From an uncultured Candidatus Saccharibacteria bacterium (GTDB lineage: Bacteria; Patescibacteriota; Minisyncoccia; Phycocordibacterales; UBA2135), in NCBI GenBank assembly GCA_964651525.1, contig CAZYWN010000011.1, positions 1 to 14,572 of the forward strand: a DNA stretch of 14,572 nucleotides. Reading direction: 5' to 3'. The translations under genes and the position numbers were made by a program. Of the stretch, positions 12,032 to 14,572 are shown piece by piece. The notes beneath the pieces are model-generated. The model searched no databases. It had not been told where the DNA came from and was given only the letters and a program-made list of their open reading frames with translations. Within the stretch, counting starts at the first letter, position 1. Every line of letters starts with the position of its first letter.

Positions 12032-12523
12032 ATGGGACAACAACAAAAAGAAATCAGGCGAGTATATGTCATATTGCACAACATCCGTAGCGTTTTGAAC
12101 GTCGGCTCTATCTTCCGCACCGCGGATGCGGCGGAGGTAGCGAAAATATATCTTACTGGATTTACACCCGCGCCGATTGACCGATTCGGACGAAAAAGAA
12201 AGGACTTTGAAAAATCCGCGCTCGGCGCGGAAAAAACCGTTGTATGGGAACAAAGAGAAGATTTTTTTCCTCTTCTTAACGAATTAAAAATGAAAGGGTT
12301 CCTCGTTATAGGGATTGAGCAAGCGCCAGAGGCGAAGGACTATAAAGAAATACGCGCGGAGTCCCCTCTTGCGTTTGTATTTGGTAACGAAGTCACGGGG
12401 CTTCCGCCGGAAGTCCTTTCCGTGTGCGATGAAATCGCGGAAATCCCGATGCGCGGCAAAAAAGAGTCGCTCAATGTCTCCGTCGCCGCCGGCATCGCGC
12501 TTTTTAGGATGCTTGACATTTGA
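12032..12523 (+). CDS. SpoU/TrmH-family RNA 2'-O-methyltransferase
   Basis: 163 aa from ATG 12032. The three SPOUT motifs are NIRSVLNVGSIFRTADAA, FVFGNEVTGLPPEVL and IPMRGKKESLNVSVAAGIALF. The track start 11957 lies inside the repeat module and is rejected. Confidence 0.9.
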   Translation: MGQQQKEIRRVYVILHNIRSVLNVGSIFRTADAAEVAKIYLTGFTPAPIDRFGRKRKDFEKSALGAEKTVVWEQREDFFPLLNELKMKGFLVIGIEQAPEAKDYKEIRAESPLAFVFGNEVTGLPPEVLSVCDEIAEIPMRGKKESLNVSVAAGIALFRMLDI

Positions 12524-12541
12524 CAAATTAAGCGGTAGCAT
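12513..12541 (+). promoter_or_regulatory. Weak candidate promoter for the 86-aa membrane protein gene
   Basis: TTGACA (12513-12518; a second TTGACA lies at 12520-12525), 17-nt spacer, TAGCAT (12536-12541). It overlaps the end of the SpoU-family gene. Confidence 0.25.
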
Positions 12542-12579
12542 ACTCGCAGACTCCAAAAACTTTCACAACGAGAACACAA

Positions 12580-12840
12580 ATGGACATTTTTGCCTTTTTG
12601 CTCGCTCCTATCGCTTTCGGCGCTTTTTTCGGATTTGTTTTCAGTTTTGTCCCTTCCATCGTCTTCCTTGTGCTTGTGTCGGCGGTCGGCGGCGGCGGCG
12701 CGTTCTGGGTTTTTGTTGCATCGTTCAATGAAGCGCAGGGCATCTTTATCGGCTTCCCCGTTCTGCTTATGGGCTTCGGTTTTGTCGCTTCGCTCTGGAT
12801 TACCTACGCCATCAGAGCACGCTGTTCCTCTCGCGCTTAA
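12580..12840 (+). CDS. Small hydrophobic membrane protein (86 aa, about 3 TM)
   Basis: MDIFAFLLAPIAFGAFFGFVFSFVPSIVFLVLVSAVGGGGAFWVFVASFNEAQGIFIGFPVLLMGFGFVASLWITYAIRARCSSRA. It is followed by a very strong terminator. Confidence 0.6.
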   Translation: MDIFAFLLAPIAFGAFFGFVFSFVPSIVFLVLVSAVGGGGAFWVFVASFNEAQGIFIGFPVLLMGFGFVASLWITYAIRARCSSRA

Positions 12841-12857
12841 ACCGCGCTTCTCATCCT

Positions 12858-12901
12858 AAAGCGCGCGGCGGGACTTTGTCCCCGCCGCGCGCTTTTTTTT
12901 T
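12858..12901 (+). terminator. Strong Rho-independent terminator
   Basis: AAAGCGCGCGGCGGGGAC ... GTCCCCGCCGCGCGCTTT forms a GC-rich stem of about 14 bp with a TTT loop, followed by a 9-nt T-run (12893-12901). Confidence 0.85.
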
Positions 12902-12994
12902 CCAAATCCCAGTTTCAGTTTTCCCTTTGCCTCTTGCCTGCCCCGTATCGGGCTTGCTCTGGTTCGGGGTCGCTTGTTTCTTGTCTCTCATTTT

Positions 12995-13036
12995 CCCCTA
13001 ACGCCTATCCCCTAGACCCTAGTGGCTAGTCCCTAG
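12995..13036. repeat. Tandem heptamer array (CCCTAG-type) abutting the 3' end of the LTD protein gene
   Basis: CCCCTAA CGCCTAT CCCCTAG ACCCTAG TGGCTAG TCCCTAG (12995-13036). The minus-strand TAG stop codon (13033-13035) lies in the last unit. Confidence 0.6.
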
Positions 13037-13902
13037 TACGACACCGAATCCACCACTTTCCCGCTTTCGTCCAAGAGAAGTATCGTCTCGCGTTCCGCCT
13101 TCCACAGTTCCTGGTCCCGCCCTAAAAACACGCGCCATTCGGTGCTATAGAAATCGGGGTCGCTTTTGTGCGTATCCACACACGCGCCGTAGTTTATGTT
13201 TTCCCCGACATATTCCTGGCAGAGCGGATCGTTTGAAAACGAGAGCGGGAGCGGCTGTACTTGCGCTTCGCATCTTCCAATTTTCTCAATATAGTTCACG
13301 CACGCGTCCGTAAGCCCGTTCGGTCCGGACGGTAGGTTCTCGTCTCTTGGATACGGACAATTCAAAGGAAGCCACGGGGAGAAATCCTGAAACTCCTCAA
13401 AATACCCCGTGCACAAGTTGAGACGGAATGAATATCCTTTAGGAGACCGCCCCGTCGTAATGAATGCGCGCCCGCCTGGCGAGAGATATATCGGCTGTTC
13501 CGGATTCATGCTTCCGGAAATAGGCGTGTATACGCCAGTGCCGATACCGGCGCTCTTTCCCGTTACGGAACTTTTCAGAGTCCACCCGCTGATTCTTATC
13601 GGCTGCGTGTTTGTCCGCGGAGCGCGGATTTCCACATATTCGCGGGTAGCGTCAGCGATGCGCGCGTTGCCTTTGCCGTAGAAAGAGACCGTGTTCCCCG
13701 CAGGCGACTTTTCAATAGTTTTTCCGGTCGTCGGGTCTTTCGTTCCCACGGGTTTCGGAATGTTGTAGGTCTCCCCCGTTCCTATAGGGGGTGGCGGCTT
13801 AAGAAAAGGGTCTTTGACACGCGGACTCCACGGCCCTCCGGCGGCAAACCAGAGTACCCACAAGAGCGCGAGAGCGAAGATGACAAATTTGAGTAAATCC
13901 AT
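13033..13902 (-). CDS. Membrane-anchored lamin-tail-domain (LTD) protein with Cys-rich insertion
   Basis: 289 aa from ATG 13902 (MDLLKFVIFALALLWVLWFAAGG signal anchor). LTD-like blocks are REYVEIRAPRTNTQPIRISGWTLKS and LWKAERETILLLDESGKVVDSVSY. They are separated by a segment with 6 Cys. The track start 13974 lies in the repeat cassette. Confidence 0.8.
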   Translation of the reverse strand: MDLLKFVIFALALLWVLWFAAGGPWSPRVKDPFLKPPPPIGTGETYNIPKPVGTKDPTTGKTIEKSPAGNTVSFYGKGNARIADATREYVEIRAPRTNTQPIRISGWTLKSSVTGKSAGIGTGVYTPISGSMNPEQPIYLSPGGRAFITTGRSPKGYSFRLNLCTGYFEEFQDFSPWLPLNCPYPRDENLPSGPNGLTDACVNYIEKIGRCEAQVQPLPLSFSNDPLCQEYVGENINYGACVDTHKSDPDFYSTEWRVFLGRDQELWKAERETILLLDESGKVVDSVSY

Positions 13903-14020
13903 GAAAATGAAAGATGCCAATCTACAAATAAATACTAATGCAACGAATGAATACGAATATACGATGTGTAACATTCGTAGTTATTTGTATCATTCGTACT
14001 CATTCGTATATTTGTATCTT
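13903..14020. repeat. Palindromic ACGAAT-word intergenic cassette, copy 2 (fills the murE-like stop to LTD gene start gap)
   Basis: Positions 13907-13958 match 5701-5752 at 47/52. The arms pair (AAAGATGCCAAT 13910-13921 with ATTTGTATCTTT 14010-14021, and onward, about 37/51 over the arms). The centre ATGTGTAACATTCGTAG (13964-13980) is 15/17 identical to hairpin 1 of the two-hairpin module. Confidence 0.8.
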
Positions 14021-14572
14021 TTATTTTACCACGTTTTTCAACGCGCTTCGCGCGATTTCGGCGTCGCTCCAGGGGATTTTCGTTCCATTGGGGCCCATAA
14101 TATACGGGTCGGTCCCCTTTCCGGTGATTAAGACAACATCACCCGCTTTCGCGCGGCGTATCCCCTCCTCTATCGCTTTTTCTCTATCAAGAATCTTGTA
14201 AATGTTTGGATTTTGGGCTTTGGGTTTTGGGTTTTGCGAGAACCCTGAAGCGACCTCTTCCATAATCGCTTCCGGGTTCTCATCATACGGGTCTTCGTTG
14301 GTCAAGATAATCTCATCACAATGCTCCGCCGCGATACGTCCTAGTTCCGGACGCTTCCACTTGTCCCGTCCGCCGCCGCACGCGCCAAGCACGCATATTT
14401 TCCGCGCGGCAGGAAACGCTCCGTAGAGATTTTCCAACGCATCCGGCGTATGCGCATAGTCAACATAAACGCTAAATCTCTGCCTCTGGCGCGCGCTGGA
14501 GCCCATTGGCAACTCCACTTTCTCAACACGGCCGGGGGTTCCCTTAAACTTTTCCGCCGCCCTTTTTATCAC
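14021..14572 (-). CDS. murE: Mur ligase C-terminal part, MurE-like (UDP-MurNAc-tripeptide synthetase), 5' end outside the window
   Basis: VDYAHTPDALENL, GACGGGRDKWKRPELGRIAAEHCDEIILTNEDP, DREKAIEEGIRRAKAGDVVLITGKG and WSDAE follow the MurE C-terminal pattern. The leading M in the track is an edge artefact. Confidence 0.85.
   Translation of the reverse strand: MIKRAAEKFKGTPGRVEKVELPMGSSARQRQRFSVYVDYAHTPDALENLYGAFPAARKICVLGACGGGRDKWKRPELGRIAAEHCDEIILTNEDPYDENPEAIMEEVASGFSQNPKPKAQNPNIYKILDREKAIEEGIRRAKAGDVVLITGKGTDPYIMGPNGTKIPWSDAEIARSALKNVVK
14205..14239. repeat. In-frame tandem heptamer array inside the murE-like coding sequence
   Basis: TTTGGAT TTTGGGC TTTGGGT TTTGGGT TTTGCGA (five units). 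On the coding strand it encodes SQNPKPKAQNPN in a normally variable loop before the DREKAI motif. Confidence 0.6.

Overview
This window reads as a compact, housekeeping-rich bacterial locus. By inference from gene content only, it looks like a reduced-genome Patescibacteria/CPR-type organism.

Gene order:
- Partial Cys-rich ORF (-)
- tRNA-Leu(GAG) (-)
- rplS (-)
- RluA-family pseudouridine synthase (-)
- uppS (-)
- tsaE (+)
- polA (+)
- short holA-like gene (+)
- TrmB-like wHTH regulator (-), divergent from two uncharacterised Gly/Ala-rich polytopic membrane proteins (+)
- A run of very small membrane ORFs ending in a DoxX-like protein (+)
- tRNA-Lys(UUU) (-)
- About 370 bp with no credible ORF
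- DUF502-like membrane protein (-)
- 65-aa anchored Ala/Asp-rich protein (-)
- SpoU/TrmH-family methyltransferase (+)
- 86-aa membrane protein (+)
- Membrane-anchored lamin-tail-domain protein with a Cys-rich insertion (-)
- 3' part of a murE-like ligase (-)

I see no CRISPR array, transposase, integrase, reverse transcriptase or recognisable defence or toxin gene.

The most unusual content is non-coding. Almost every intergenic gap is occupied by structured repeat modules built from short words.
1. A palindromic ACGAAT-word cassette fills two unrelated stop-to-start gaps (5701-5821 and 13903-14020).
2. A two-hairpin module occurs as direct repeats on both sides of the DUF502 gene (10576-10647 and 11421-11495). 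All four stem differences between the copies are compensatory.
3. A nested-hairpin GCTTCGTTG-word module occurs twice (6538-6627 and 11892-11998).
4. Tandem heptamer arrays (TTCTAAA, TTTAGAG, CCCTAGT, TTTGGGT) form inverted pairs between genes and run into coding 3' ends. One array lies in frame inside the murE-like gene.

Several genes also show a TGn-TATAnT box exactly 6 nt before the ATG with no Shine-Dalgarno sequence, which suggests leaderless mRNAs.

All functional readings of these elements are hypotheses. No database search, folding energy or genome-wide copy count could be run here.
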